From: Candidatus Babeliales bacterium | Lineage (GTDB): Bacteria > Babelota > Babeliae > Babelales > JACPOV01 | Reading direction: 5' to 3' | NCBI GenBank assembly: GCA_040879965.1 | Contig: JBBDJI010000007.1 | Location: forward strand, 29,393 to 93,392 | DNA: 64,000 bases | In this document: in pieces, positions 8,039-17,020 of the stretch | Position numbering within the stretch: the first letter of the stretch is position 1 | Layout of the letters: each line of letters opens with the position of its first letter | Position numbers and translations under genes: made by a program | The notes under the pieces: generated by a model | Told to the model about the DNA's origin: nothing | The model's database searches: none | What the model saw: only the letters and a program-made list of their open reading frames with translations

Positions 8039-9025
8039 CTATCTTTGAGTAAAATATTTCCATCCAAACCAGCCCGCGTAAATTGCTAATCCAGTTAAGC
8101 CAATTCCTACACTAATTTTATAGAAATTTTTTATAGAAAATGATTTATTTGATTGGGTTTTAGAAATGTTTTCAATACTTGATTTTTCATTAGGATGGTT
8201 TACATGGTTTAATAAAGCTTCTTCTTCTCCTTCTGAATCATTTAGTTCATTTTTTTTATTGTTTGCCGTAAGATATTCTTTTTTTTCTTCTTCAGTTTCT
8301 GATAACACAGAGGAGCTGAAGCTTTCACTTTCTGTAGAAGACATATCAGATGTATTAAGGCTATATTCGCTATCACTTTTTTTTGTGATTGAATCTATCT
8401 TATTATCTTCTTCACTAGAACCTATATCCAAATCGGTACTGCTTTCACTCTCAGTTGTTTTATCTTTTTCGTCGTCATTGCTACTAGAAAGTTCGATTGA
8501 AGAATAATCATTTTTATTTGGTATTACCATCTGGTGTGTTTTTTGTAGAAATTTTTCTCCTGGAGTTATTCGGTTGCTTTTGTTTTGTATAGTAAACTTT
8601 TTTACTTTATTTCTATCCGTTGTCCCTAGAATGAGTGCGCCAAGCTTTTCTCCATAACCGCCTCGCTCGTAAAAGTTGACATATACCCAATTGCCTTGCC
8701 GAATCTTTATCCAATCTGCTGTTGATAGAGAAGCAAGTTGTCCTTGATGAATAAAATTATCTTTATCCGATTCATATTGAAAATAAGAAGTTGTAGCTAA
8801 AAAATATGAATTTGGGGATTGAGAATCAAGCATCTCTGATAATGTTTTTACTTCATAATTATCAAAATTGATTCTTATATTCTGATATTTTTTTCCGCTA
8901 AATATACGTATTTTTTCATTATTAATATTGTTATTCTTATCTAAAATTGAATTGCATAATTCCATTGATAATGTTTGATTAAATATACTGATTAATATAA
9001 TAAAGGTTATTATCTTATTTTTCAT
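8039..9025 (-). CDS. Hypothetical secreted/tail-anchored protein with an acidic Ser/Glu/Asp-rich low-complexity region
   Basis: 328 aa. N-terminal signal peptide, a ~150-aa globular region, ~100 aa of S/E/D-rich disorder, and a C-terminal TM helix (ISVGIGLTGLAIYAGWFGW). Confidence 0.5.
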   Translation of the reverse strand: MKNKIITFIILISIFNQTLSMELCNSILDKNNNINNEKIRIFSGKKYQNIRINFDNYEVKTLSEMLDSQSPNSYFLATTSYFQYESDKDNFIHQGQLASLSTADWIKIRQGNWVYVNFYERGGYGEKLGALILGTTDRNKVKKFTIQNKSNRITPGEKFLQKTHQMVIPNKNDYSSIELSSSNDDEKDKTTESESSTDLDIGSSEEDNKIDSITKKSDSEYSLNTSDMSSTESESFSSSVLSETEEEKKEYLTANNKKNELNDSEGEEEALLNHVNHPNEKSSIENISKTQSNKSFSIKNFYKISVGIGLTGLAIYAGWFGWKYFTQR

Positions 9026-9140
9026 ATTGATACCTTAATAAAATACTAGAAGAAAATAGAATTTAATTTATGATTTATTTTAAGATTTAAAAATAATAAA
9101 ATCAATTTTACTATTAAAAACTAACTTCCAAAGAAAATAC

Positions 9141-10493
9141 TTATAAAATATGCTCACCAACCGCATAACCAATTAAAGAAAGAGCCAAAGTAGGAAGTTC
9201 TGGTGGAATTGGCAGCGGCATTAAATTGAAAAGAACAAAGCCTAAAACTCCTGCAATAACACTGCAAATGCCAGCTTCTCGTGATACTTCTTTTTTAAAG
9301 TAGGCAAAAAGTAATGGGACTAATAAGCAACTGACCGGCACGCCATAACTGGTTACCAAAATCTTTATAATATCTGGCGGCATAAAATAAGAAAGTCCTA
9401 AAATAGTTAATCCAGAAGCAATAATCGTTGTTTTTGATTCAACCACCGGCGATAAGCCTAAAAAAGATAAATTTAAATCTTGGCAAATATTGCCGCTAAT
9501 TGCGCACAATAATGCATCGGCAGTGGAAGCAATGGCTGCCAAAATACCAACCGCTACTAAAATGACGATAAAATCGTTCGTTAAATGAGCGATCATTGGA
9601 ATAAGTGGGCTTGCGTTTGCAGCAACCGAAATACCAATTAATTGCGATTGTATGCCAAAATAAATTGGTATGATACCAAATATCAAAATAAAAGCGGTTG
9701 TCGCAAATGCAGCAAATGTGGCAACTTGTTTTGTACGAGCGGCAAAAAAAACTTGAGCAAGATCTTGTTCAAATAAAGCAAATAAGGCCGGCATTAATAA
9801 TGTGCGGAGCATAATAATTATTGATGGTGGATGTTGTGCAAAATGCTGTTGCATCATTTTTAAATTCGCTAGATCAAAAAATGAGGGATTTTTAAAAATA
9901 CTGTAAAAAAATAATGGAACAAATACAGCAATAATGAATAAAACTTGAAAAACATCAGTAAGTACAACTGCTTTTAAGCCACCGATCATCGTGTAAATAA
10001 TTAGAAACAACCAAAAAGTTAAAAAGAAAATTTCATTTTTAATGCCAAGTCCAAGTAATAATGTTTTTGATGCAACAATATTACCAATTAATATACCACC
10101 TAAAGTAATAGTAACAATAAATGAAGCGATACGGCGTAGCATGGGTGAGTTATATTTTGTTTCAAAAATTTCAGTGGTAGTAACAATATTAAGTGCGCGT
10201 AAACGGCTTGCAATACCACAACCTAACAAAATAAGGCCGAGTGTGATGCCAACTGTAAAAATAAGTGCATAAAATCCAAGATGATACGCTTGTTGAGAAG
10301 TTCCTAATAATAAGCCGGCGCCTAACTGTGTTGCAATTAAAGTGACAGTTGCTTTTAAACGGCCTAAATTACGACCGGCCAAAAAGTAATCTTTTTTATC
10401 TTTAATTTGTCGCGAAGGAATGATGGCTAACAGAATGTAAATAATACCAAAACCGAATAGTACACTAAAAAATAATAGTTCATTCATATTCAC
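9141..10493 (-). CDS. Sodium:solute symporter (SSF) family transporter (PutP/PanF-like)
   Basis: 450 aa and polytopic. Has an SSF-type N-terminus (FLAGRNLG...ATQLGAGLLLG). Confidence 0.65.
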   Translation of the reverse strand: MNMNELLFFSVLFGFGIIYILLAIIPSRQIKDKKDYFLAGRNLGRLKATVTLIATQLGAGLLLGTSQQAYHLGFYALIFTVGITLGLILLGCGIASRLRALNIVTTTEIFETKYNSPMLRRIASFIVTITLGGILIGNIVASKTLLLGLGIKNEIFFLTFWLFLIIYTMIGGLKAVVLTDVFQVLFIIAVFVPLFFYSIFKNPSFFDLANLKMMQQHFAQHPPSIIIMLRTLLMPALFALFEQDLAQVFFAARTKQVATFAAFATTAFILIFGIIPIYFGIQSQLIGISVAANASPLIPMIAHLTNDFIVILVAVGILAAIASTADALLCAISGNICQDLNLSFLGLSPVVESKTTIIASGLTILGLSYFMPPDIIKILVTSYGVPVSCLLVPLLFAYFKKEVSREAGICSVIAGVLGFVLFNLMPLPIPPELPTLALSLIGYAVGEHIL

Positions 10494-10682
10494 TAACCTT
10501 TTTTATAAATTATGGTTTTTATTTTTGCATAGCATATTGAGTAGAATGGAGACAATTTTTTAAGAAATTATTTTATAAACCGAATATCTTTTTTAATAGA
10601 TTACTTTGAATTGCAATTCTTATAACGCTATGCGCACAGTACCAACCTTTTTGCTTGTACAAAAAAATTGGTTAAAAATACC

Positions 10683-10696
10683 CCAACAGCTGTTGG
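10683..10696. repeat. Perfect 14-bp palindrome CCAACAGCTGTTGG
   Basis: Read directly from the sequence. A similar CCAACG-TTC-CGTTGG hairpin occurs at 14471-14485. Confidence 0.5.
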
Positions 10697-10711
10697 AACA
10701 TTCTTCCGCTC

Positions 10712-10790
10712 ATATAGAAGACCACTCATACTTCAGGTTTTCAACCTTTGTCTTCAGGTCTACGATGAGCTACCGGATTGATTATAAAAG
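10712..10790 (-). repeat. Copy A of a GC-rich intergenic repeat (core CCGGTAGCTCATCG...GAAGAC.AAGGTTG), 25 nt downstream of the stop of gene 10815-11522
   Basis: On the minus strand it reads ttttataatcaatCCGGTAGCTCATCGtagaCCTGAAGACaAAGGTTGaaaAACCT...GTCTTC. It can fold as a GAAGAC/GTCTTC stem enclosing an AGGTT-GAAA-AACCT hairpin. About 75% identical over ~55 nt to 14576-14632. Confidence 0.5.
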
Positions 10791-10814
10791 TTAATTTTGA
10801 GATTTATATTTTTT

Positions 10815-11522
10815 TTATTTTTTAAATGGCCAAATAGTTTGCACCCAACTGGAAATACTTTGACCATAGTTTGTTAAGCTATAATAAGTTAATGCGCCAA
10901 GCAATCCAAAAGTGAGCGTATTTTTTAGAGTAAATTTGTTGGATAACCAAGTAAATTTAGAAAATTCCTCAAATTTATAACCATTTGGTCCATGTATAAT
11001 CTTATCTGAAGATGTTGCAATTATTCCTTTTTGTAATAAGTCTTCTTTGTCACAATAAAAATAATTAGGATCGTTCTTGAAATCTTGGAAATAATAATCT
11101 CTAATTATTTCAAAAAGACCATTTGTATATTGGTTATAGTTGCATCCTTTTTGCTTCGCGGTTAAAATGATAGGTTGACCATAGACTGTTAAAAACAATT
11201 GACCACCTTCTTTTAGGTCTTTAATTAAATAATAAGGTAAAGAGTTAGGGAATTCTATTGTTTTCTCGTTATCTATATTCTTAACTTTAACATCAAATAA
11301 TGGCTCATTTGGGTCCAATTTTACACCTAATGCTTTCTCGACATTTTTTGGTTTTATATTAGCATCTAAACCGCTGCCTGCATACATGGGTGCCGTAGGT
11401 ATTAAAAATAATTCACCCTGCAAAGGCGTTATTTCTTTTGGAGTTTTCATACCTAAACACGAAACACTTAAGGATGATAAAATGATAATAAGTAATAATT
11501 TTTTCATAATGAAACCTACCAA
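10815..11522 (-). CDS. Hypothetical lipoprotein/secreted protein
   Basis: 235 aa. Signal peptide with Cys (LSVSCLG). No recognisable domain. Confidence 0.5.
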   Translation of the reverse strand: MVGFIMKKLLLIIILSSLSVSCLGMKTPKEITPLQGELFLIPTAPMYAGSGLDANIKPKNVEKALGVKLDPNEPLFDVKVKNIDNEKTIEFPNSLPYYLIKDLKEGGQLFLTVYGQPIILTAKQKGCNYNQYTNGLFEIIRDYYFQDFKNDPNYFYCDKEDLLQKGIIATSSDKIIHGPNGYKFEEFSKFTWLSNKFTLKNTLTFGLLGALTYYSLTNYGQSISSWVQTIWPFKK

Positions 11523-11554
11523 TTCTAAAACCTAAACATATTCAATAATAATAA

Positions 11555-11571
11555 TTGTAATACAATTACAA
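11555..11571. promoter_or_regulatory. Palindromic operator-like site TTGTAAT-ACA-ATTACAA upstream of the P-type ATPase gene. A third TTGTAAT half-site sits at 11658-11664.
   Basis: Perfect 7-bp inverted arms with a 3-bp spacer, ~110 bp upstream of the ATG at 11679. An additional half-site lies just before the RBS. Confidence 0.35.
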
Positions 11572-11678
11572 AACAAGTCAATATTTTCTATCTGAAAAGA
11601 ATTATAAGGGTCTTTATTTTTATCACTCAAATAATCTAAATTATCGGTGAGTAAAACTTGTAATTATGGAAAAAATAA

Positions 11679-14390
11679 ATGAAAGAAAATGAAAATAAAA
11701 AATGGTGGACATTATCAGTTGATCAAGTTATTAATGAATTGCAAACAAATCAGCAAGAAGGCTTATCATCGCAAGAAGCTACTCAGCGATTAAAAAAATT
11801 TGGTGAAAATACGCTGCCAAAACAAGAAGGCCCTTCGATTTTTTATTTAATTTTACGGCAATTTTCAAGTTTAATTATATGGGTGCTTATTGCGGTAATG
11901 ATTATAAATATGATTCTATTTCATCATATAGATGCTTTGGCAATTGCAATTATCATTTTATTGAATGCTGCTATTGGTTTTTTCCAAGAATATAGTGCTG
12001 AGCGAACGATGGAAGCATTACGTGAATTAACACAACCTGAAGCAATAGTTGTGCGTGATGGTGAAGTTAGACAAATTCCAGCAGTAGAGTTAGTGCCTGG
12101 TGATATTGTGCAAATTGAGGCGGGCAATAAAGTGCCTGCTGATGGAAGGATAATACAAGAAGATCGATTGTCGACCCAAGAGGCAGCTTTGACGGGTGAA
12201 TCCGCGCCTATTTCAAAAAATGCTGACGCCTTATCCGATGCAACGTTATCTGTAGCAGATCAAGAAAATATGTTCTTTATGGGAACTGTTGTGGTACGTG
12301 GGAATGGTGTAATGGTGGTAACAAAAACAGGTATGAAAACTGAATTAGGATCCATTGCAACCATGATTAAAGCGCAACCAGAAGAAAAAACGCCACTTGA
12401 ATTACAAATAAAACAACTGAGTCGTCATTTATTATTATTATCATGTGGTGTGATTATAATTATTTTTTTTCTTGGATTATGGCAAGAAATTAATTGGTTA
12501 ACAATGTTACTGACTGCGTTAAGTTTAGCCGTTGCCGCAATTCCTGAAGGATTGCCAGCCGTACTTACTATAACACTTGCGATTGGTGTGAGAAAAATGG
12601 CTGAACATAATGCACTGATCAGACGATTATCTTCAGTAGAAACATTGGGATCCACTTCGGTTATTTGTGTCGATAAAACAGGTACTTTAACTAAAAATGA
12701 AATGATGGTACAAAAAATTTGGGTAAATCAAAAAGGAATTGAAGTCACTGGAAGTGGTTATGAGCCGGAAGGTGATTTTTTAGAAAATGAGCAAAAAATA
12801 GATGTGCAAAATTATGAAGAATTAATGCAACTTATGCGTATTGGTGTTTTGTGTAATAACGCTGAGTTGCAATATGAAGATGAACAAAAAGGTTGGGAAA
12901 TTATTGGTGATCCAACTGAAGGAGCATTATTAGTTCTAGCCCAAAAAGTAGGATTAGAAAAAAACCCATTAGAAGAAGAAAATGCATTAATTAAAGAAAT
13001 TCCTTTTGAATCAGAACGGCAGCGTATGAGTATAGTTCGTAAAAAAGACGATCAGCAGATATTATATATCAAAGGTGCACCAGGTATTATTGTTGAACGG
13101 TCAAAATCAATTTTAATTGATGGCAAAGAAGAATCATTAACCGAAGAATTAAAAGCGACTATTAAAGAAACATATAATGATTTTGCAGATCAAGCATTAC
13201 GAGTATTGGCGCTCGCATATGCGCTAATATCAACAGACAATATTTCTGCTGATTTAGAGCAAGATTTAATATTTGTTGGGTTGGTGGGCATGATTGATCC
13301 ACCACGTGAGGAAGCAAAAAAATCAATTGCATTATGTAGTAAAGCTGGTATTCGCACTATAATGATTACCGGTGACCATAAAAGAACCGCAATAGCAATT
13401 GCAAAACAATTAGGTTTAATCGATAGTCATTTTATTGCAGTTACTGGTCGGGAATTAAATGAAATGAGTGATGAGCAATTAAAAGAAAAAATTGAGGATA
13501 TTGTAGTTTATGCACGTGTTTCTGTTAAGCATAAAATACGTATTATCCAAGCATGGAAAGAACGGGGCAATATTGTGGCAATGACTGGAGATGGTGTTAA
13601 CGATGCACCAGCAATTAAAGCTGCTGATATTGGTATTGCAATGGGGATTACCGGTACTGAGGTGACAAAAGAAGCTTCTGATATGATTATTTTGGATGAT
13701 AATTTTGCTTCAATTGTCTATGCGGTTAAAGAAGGGCGTGGTATTTACGATAATATTATTAAAGTGGTGAATTACTTAATTTCAACAAATCTTGGAGAAA
13801 TATTATTTATTTTTTTTAGTATTTTGATTGGTATTATAGTGCCGGGAGGTAAATATTACGTATTATTAACTCCAATACAAATACTCTGGATAAATTTAAT
13901 TAGTGATGGCTTGCCCGCACTTGCGCTCGCCGCTGACCCATTGACTCCTAAAGTTATGGAACAAAAACCACGTGATCCAGCAAAACCAATTTTAACATTA
14001 TATTTTATAGTTAGATTAATTATAACCGGAATGATTGTTGCTTTTATTACATTGATTGCGAGTTATTATGGATTAACAAAAAATATTAAAACTGCCCATA
14101 CTATGGCACTTACCAGTTTAATATTATTGGAATTTGTTCGTATACAAATGATTCGTGCTGAATATAATCTTTCTATTTTTTCTAATTGGTGGTTAATAGC
14201 TGCCTTAATTGGATCTTTTACTTTGCAGCTTTTATTAATTTATATTCCAATATTTCAATATATTTTTGGCTTAACAACTTTAGGGTTTATTGAATGGGGA
14301 GTAATTTTAGCTTGCGTGCTTAGCGGGTGGATTTTATCTATTTTTGCAAATAAAGTTTTAGAGAAATTTGTACGTAACAAATTTAATTAA
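11679..14390 (+). CDS. Cation-transporting P-type ATPase (type II, Ca2+/Mg2+-ATPase-like)
   Basis: 903 aa. Phosphorylation motif ICVDKTGTLT, hinge TGDGVNDAPAIKAADIGIAMG, and N-terminal cation-ATPase-N-like region and 10 TM topology. Confidence 0.85.
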   Translation: MKENENKKWWTLSVDQVINELQTNQQEGLSSQEATQRLKKFGENTLPKQEGPSIFYLILRQFSSLIIWVLIAVMIINMILFHHIDALAIAIIILLNAAIGFFQEYSAERTMEALRELTQPEAIVVRDGEVRQIPAVELVPGDIVQIEAGNKVPADGRIIQEDRLSTQEAALTGESAPISKNADALSDATLSVADQENMFFMGTVVVRGNGVMVVTKTGMKTELGSIATMIKAQPEEKTPLELQIKQLSRHLLLLSCGVIIIIFFLGLWQEINWLTMLLTALSLAVAAIPEGLPAVLTITLAIGVRKMAEHNALIRRLSSVETLGSTSVICVDKTGTLTKNEMMVQKIWVNQKGIEVTGSGYEPEGDFLENEQKIDVQNYEELMQLMRIGVLCNNAELQYEDEQKGWEIIGDPTEGALLVLAQKVGLEKNPLEEENALIKEIPFESERQRMSIVRKKDDQQILYIKGAPGIIVERSKSILIDGKEESLTEELKATIKETYNDFADQALRVLALAYALISTDNISADLEQDLIFVGLVGMIDPPREEAKKSIALCSKAGIRTIMITGDHKRTAIAIAKQLGLIDSHFIAVTGRELNEMSDEQLKEKIEDIVVYARVSVKHKIRIIQAWKERGNIVAMTGDGVNDAPAIKAADIGIAMGITGTEVTKEASDMIILDDNFASIVYAVKEGRGIYDNIIKVVNYLISTNLGEILFIFFSILIGIIVPGGKYYVLLTPIQILWINLISDGLPALALAADPLTPKVMEQKPRDPAKPILTLYFIVRLIITGMIVAFITLIASYYGLTKNIKTAHTMALTSLILLEFVRIQMIRAEYNLSIFSNWWLIAALIGSFTLQLLLIYIPIFQYIFGLTTLGFIEWGVILACVLSGWILSIFANKVLEKFVRNKFN

Positions 14391-14432
14391 AACGCATATT
14401 TTAATGAATTGGTCTCATGCCGGTTAAAGTAT

Positions 14433-14458
14433 AAGGGTATTGCATGCCCAATACCCTT
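14433..14458. repeat. Perfect 10-bp inverted repeat hairpin AAGGGTATTG-catgcc-CAATACCCTT
   Basis: Read directly from the sequence. Lies in the GC-rich intergenic island between the convergent P-type ATPase and rseP genes. Confidence 0.5.
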
Positions 14459-14575
14459 AACACAAGGGCACCAACGTTCCGTTGGATCGTTTATCGCGAA
14501 AAACTCAGACCATTCATACTGCGGATTAAAATCCTCGTTTTCAGATCTTCAAACAGGTTCGCTTCATGGTATAAA

Positions 14576-14632
14576 TTTTTATAAAATGATTCCGGTAGCT
14601 CATCGGGGATCGGAAGACGAAGGTTGTAAAAA
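14576..14632 (+). repeat. Copy B of the GC-rich intergenic repeat (tttttataaaatgattCCGGTAGCTCATCGgggatcgGAAGACgAAGGTTGtaaaaa)
   Basis: Shares the CCGGTAGCTCATCG and GAAGAC-AAGGTTG blocks with 10737-10790 (reverse complement). It lies 3' of the P-type ATPase in the same orientation relative to the upstream gene as copy A. Confidence 0.5.
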
Positions 14633-14710
14633 GTTGATGCAGCGCATACAGCGTTCGAGTGATTTATAGTTACAAATAATCTATCATGGAAAGGAAATTA
14701 AATTATAAAG

Positions 14711-15727
14711 TTATGATTTTTGTATTTTGCTTTTTGGAACTCTACGATTTAAAATAAGAATAAAAACAATAAAGAGGAGTAGGTAAACGAAATGTATGAT
14801 CATTTCTTTATGTTCTTTAAAAAGAGTTCCTAACCCAGCATCAAGTGTATAATAAAGAGCTTGCCCGCCATCTAATAATGGAATGGGCATTATATTGAAT
14901 AGGCCAAGTTCAATATTAATTGCAGCAATAAAAAATAGAATAAAATTCAATCCATGTTGCAAAGCATAAGGTGAAACACTGCCCGAAATACTAACAATAG
15001 ATGAATTTTGTTTAGGTTTTAATAGTGTTGTTAAAAAATAAAAACTTCGCCGTATCATTGCGATAAAAGTTTTCCATGCATGATACAAAGATGAAAAGAA
15101 TGATTCCTGATGAGCATAGTTTTGATTTAAGGTTATGCCTAAATAACCAATTTTTTCACCAAATAATGTATGTACATCAAGTTCAATATCAAATTCTTCA
15201 ATAGTTCCGGAACGATCAATAACGAATGATATTGTTTTTTCAGGATTTTGTTGTACTTTTTTAAAAAATTTTTCAATATCATTTTCTATTAAGACGTTAT
15301 TTACTCTAATAATTCTATCACCCGTCTTTAGCCCTACTTTTTGAGCAGGAGAATCGGGGGCTACAGTTTTGATTGTTGGTTTTAAATTTGTACGATTAAT
15401 CAAAAAAAGTATAAATAAAATTATGAGTGCTAATAAAAAATTATTAAAAATTCCCGCAAAAATAATAACCATTTTCTGCCAATATGGTGCTTTTTCTAAG
15501 TCTTCCATATCCATGCTTACATAGCCACCTAATGGTAACAACGCAATTTGAAAGGTTGTGCCATTTAATTTTTTTTCAAATAATGCCGGACCAAAACCGA
15601 TAGAAAATGTTGGCGTATCAATATTAAAGAGCTGACAAGTTGCAAAATGGCCAAATTCATGTATTACAATGATAAAACCAAGGATAAAAATAAAACCAAC
15701 AATATATGCGATTTTTTTAATATTCAA
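14711..15727 (-). CDS. rseP: RIP metalloprotease RseP (site-2 protease, M50 family) with a PDZ domain
   Basis: 338 aa. HEFGHF zinc motif near the N-terminus, a central PDZ-like segment (GLKTGDRIIRVNN), and a C-terminal LDGG motif. Confidence 0.8.
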   Translation of the reverse strand: MNIKKIAYIVGFIFILGFIIVIHEFGHFATCQLFNIDTPTFSIGFGPALFEKKLNGTTFQIALLPLGGYVSMDMEDLEKAPYWQKMVIIFAGIFNNFLLALIILFILFLINRTNLKPTIKTVAPDSPAQKVGLKTGDRIIRVNNVLIENDIEKFFKKVQQNPEKTISFVIDRSGTIEEFDIELDVHTLFGEKIGYLGITLNQNYAHQESFFSSLYHAWKTFIAMIRRSFYFLTTLLKPKQNSSIVSISGSVSPYALQHGLNFILFFIAAINIELGLFNIMPIPLLDGGQALYYTLDAGLGTLFKEHKEMIIHFVYLLLFIVFILILNRRVPKSKIQKS

Positions 15728-15850
15728 ATTTGATCCTTTTTAAAATATATTAATTTTCTATTAATCATAATAATGCAAACAATATTTACAAATCAATTAA
15801 ACCTTTGTTACGGTATGATTGCATCCTAAAAAAAGCTTAAGTTAAAAAGG

Positions 15851-16909
15851 ATGAATATGGGATTATTACGAGAAGTTGCCTATGTTAATGTATTGCCGCG
15901 CAATATTCAATTTGTTTTAGCAGGCGATATTGGGGGAACGAACAGTAATTTTGGTGTGTGCCAAATTGAAAAAAATAAAATTAATTTATTGCTTTCGATC
16001 CATATAAAAAGCAAAGAAATAACCGATTTTCCATTGATAGTAAATCAAGTTATCCATCATTTAAAAAGTAATTATGAAATTCATATATCTCGTGCATGTT
16101 TTGCTGCAGCCGGCGTAGTTTCTGAAGATAATTTGTATAGTAAGCCAACGAACTTGCCATTTATAATCGATGCGCGAGAAATAATTGCGCGCACCGATTT
16201 AGAATATGCCATAATTATTAATGATTTTGAGGCCGTTGGTTATGGGGTTGATTATATAAGCCCTGAATCATTAATAACTATTAATGAAGGAAGTTCTTAT
16301 GATCATGCCAATCGTGCAATAATTGGAGCGGGCACAGGATTAGGTAAAGGAGTTTTAGGATGGAATGATTACTCAAAAAAATATATTCCGATACCCTCAG
16401 AAGGGGGCCATGCAGATTTTCCAGTATATACGCAGCAAGAGTTTGATCTTATGAGTTTTATAAAAAATAATATTGATCCAAATTTTCCGGTTTCTTGGGA
16501 AAATGTACTTTCTGGTGGTGGTATTATTCGACTTTACAATTATTTAGGTACAAAAAATCAATACCAAGAAACGGAATATACCAGAAAAATTAAAGAAAGT
16601 GGTGCTAATCCAGATCAAATCTTTAAATATTGGCAAGAAGACCAACGAAGTGCAGAGACCTATAACTGCTATAGTCGTTTTTATGCACGCTGTGCAAAAA
16701 ATTTTGCATTAGAATCACTAGCGCTTAATGGATTATATATAGCAGGCGGGATCGCCGCGAAAAATTTACCTCTTTTTCAAAGACCTGAATTTATGGCCGA
16801 ATTTATTAACTGTAAAAAACAACAAGGTGTTTTAGAGAATATTCCAGTAAAGGTAATTGCTGATTATAATGTAAGTCTTTTTGGTGCTGCAGCATTTTTA
16901 AAAAGATGA
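15851..16909 (+). CDS. glk: Glucokinase (Glk family)
   Basis: 352 aa. AGDIGGTNSNFGV ATP-binding motif of Glk-type glucokinases. Confidence 0.7.
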   Translation: MNMGLLREVAYVNVLPRNIQFVLAGDIGGTNSNFGVCQIEKNKINLLLSIHIKSKEITDFPLIVNQVIHHLKSNYEIHISRACFAAAGVVSEDNLYSKPTNLPFIIDAREIIARTDLEYAIIINDFEAVGYGVDYISPESLITINEGSSYDHANRAIIGAGTGLGKGVLGWNDYSKKYIPIPSEGGHADFPVYTQQEFDLMSFIKNNIDPNFPVSWENVLSGGGIIRLYNYLGTKNQYQETEYTRKIKESGANPDQIFKYWQEDQRSAETYNCYSRFYARCAKNFALESLALNGLYIAGGIAAKNLPLFQRPEFMAEFINCKKQQGVLENIPVKVIADYNVSLFGAAAFLKR

Positions 16910-17020
16910 AATAATTGATAATTTTCTAAATTATATCTAAGACAAATAATTCTTTTTTTGTTCATAGCTTTTTAATTAAACTATTTCAATTTTTAGTTAT
17001 TTTCAAAAAGGAGCATAGTA

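Noticed and set aside
8166-8507. 113-aa plus-strand ORF rich in Ser/Leu/Phe
   Set aside because: Antisense to the acidic low-complexity region of gene 8039-9025. An artefact of the codon periodicity of that repeat.
10700-10790. Possible tRNA or tmRNA fragment because of GGTAGCTCA and, in copy B, GTTCGAGTG motifs
   Set aside because: No cloverleaf can be drawn. There is no acceptor stem with a 3' CCA context and no T-loop GTTCRANYC in the correct register. No tRNA, rRNA, tmRNA, RNase P or SRP RNA signatures were found anywhere in the window.
10606-10794. 62-aa ORF spanning repeat copy A
   Set aside because: Overlaps a hairpin-rich repeat. No RBS and an odd composition. The region is better explained as a non-coding repeat.
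14409-14669. 86-aa ORF in the GC-rich intergenic island
   Set aside because: No RBS. Cys/Gly/Arg-rich random-like sequence. It covers several perfect hairpins, so a non-coding origin is more likely.
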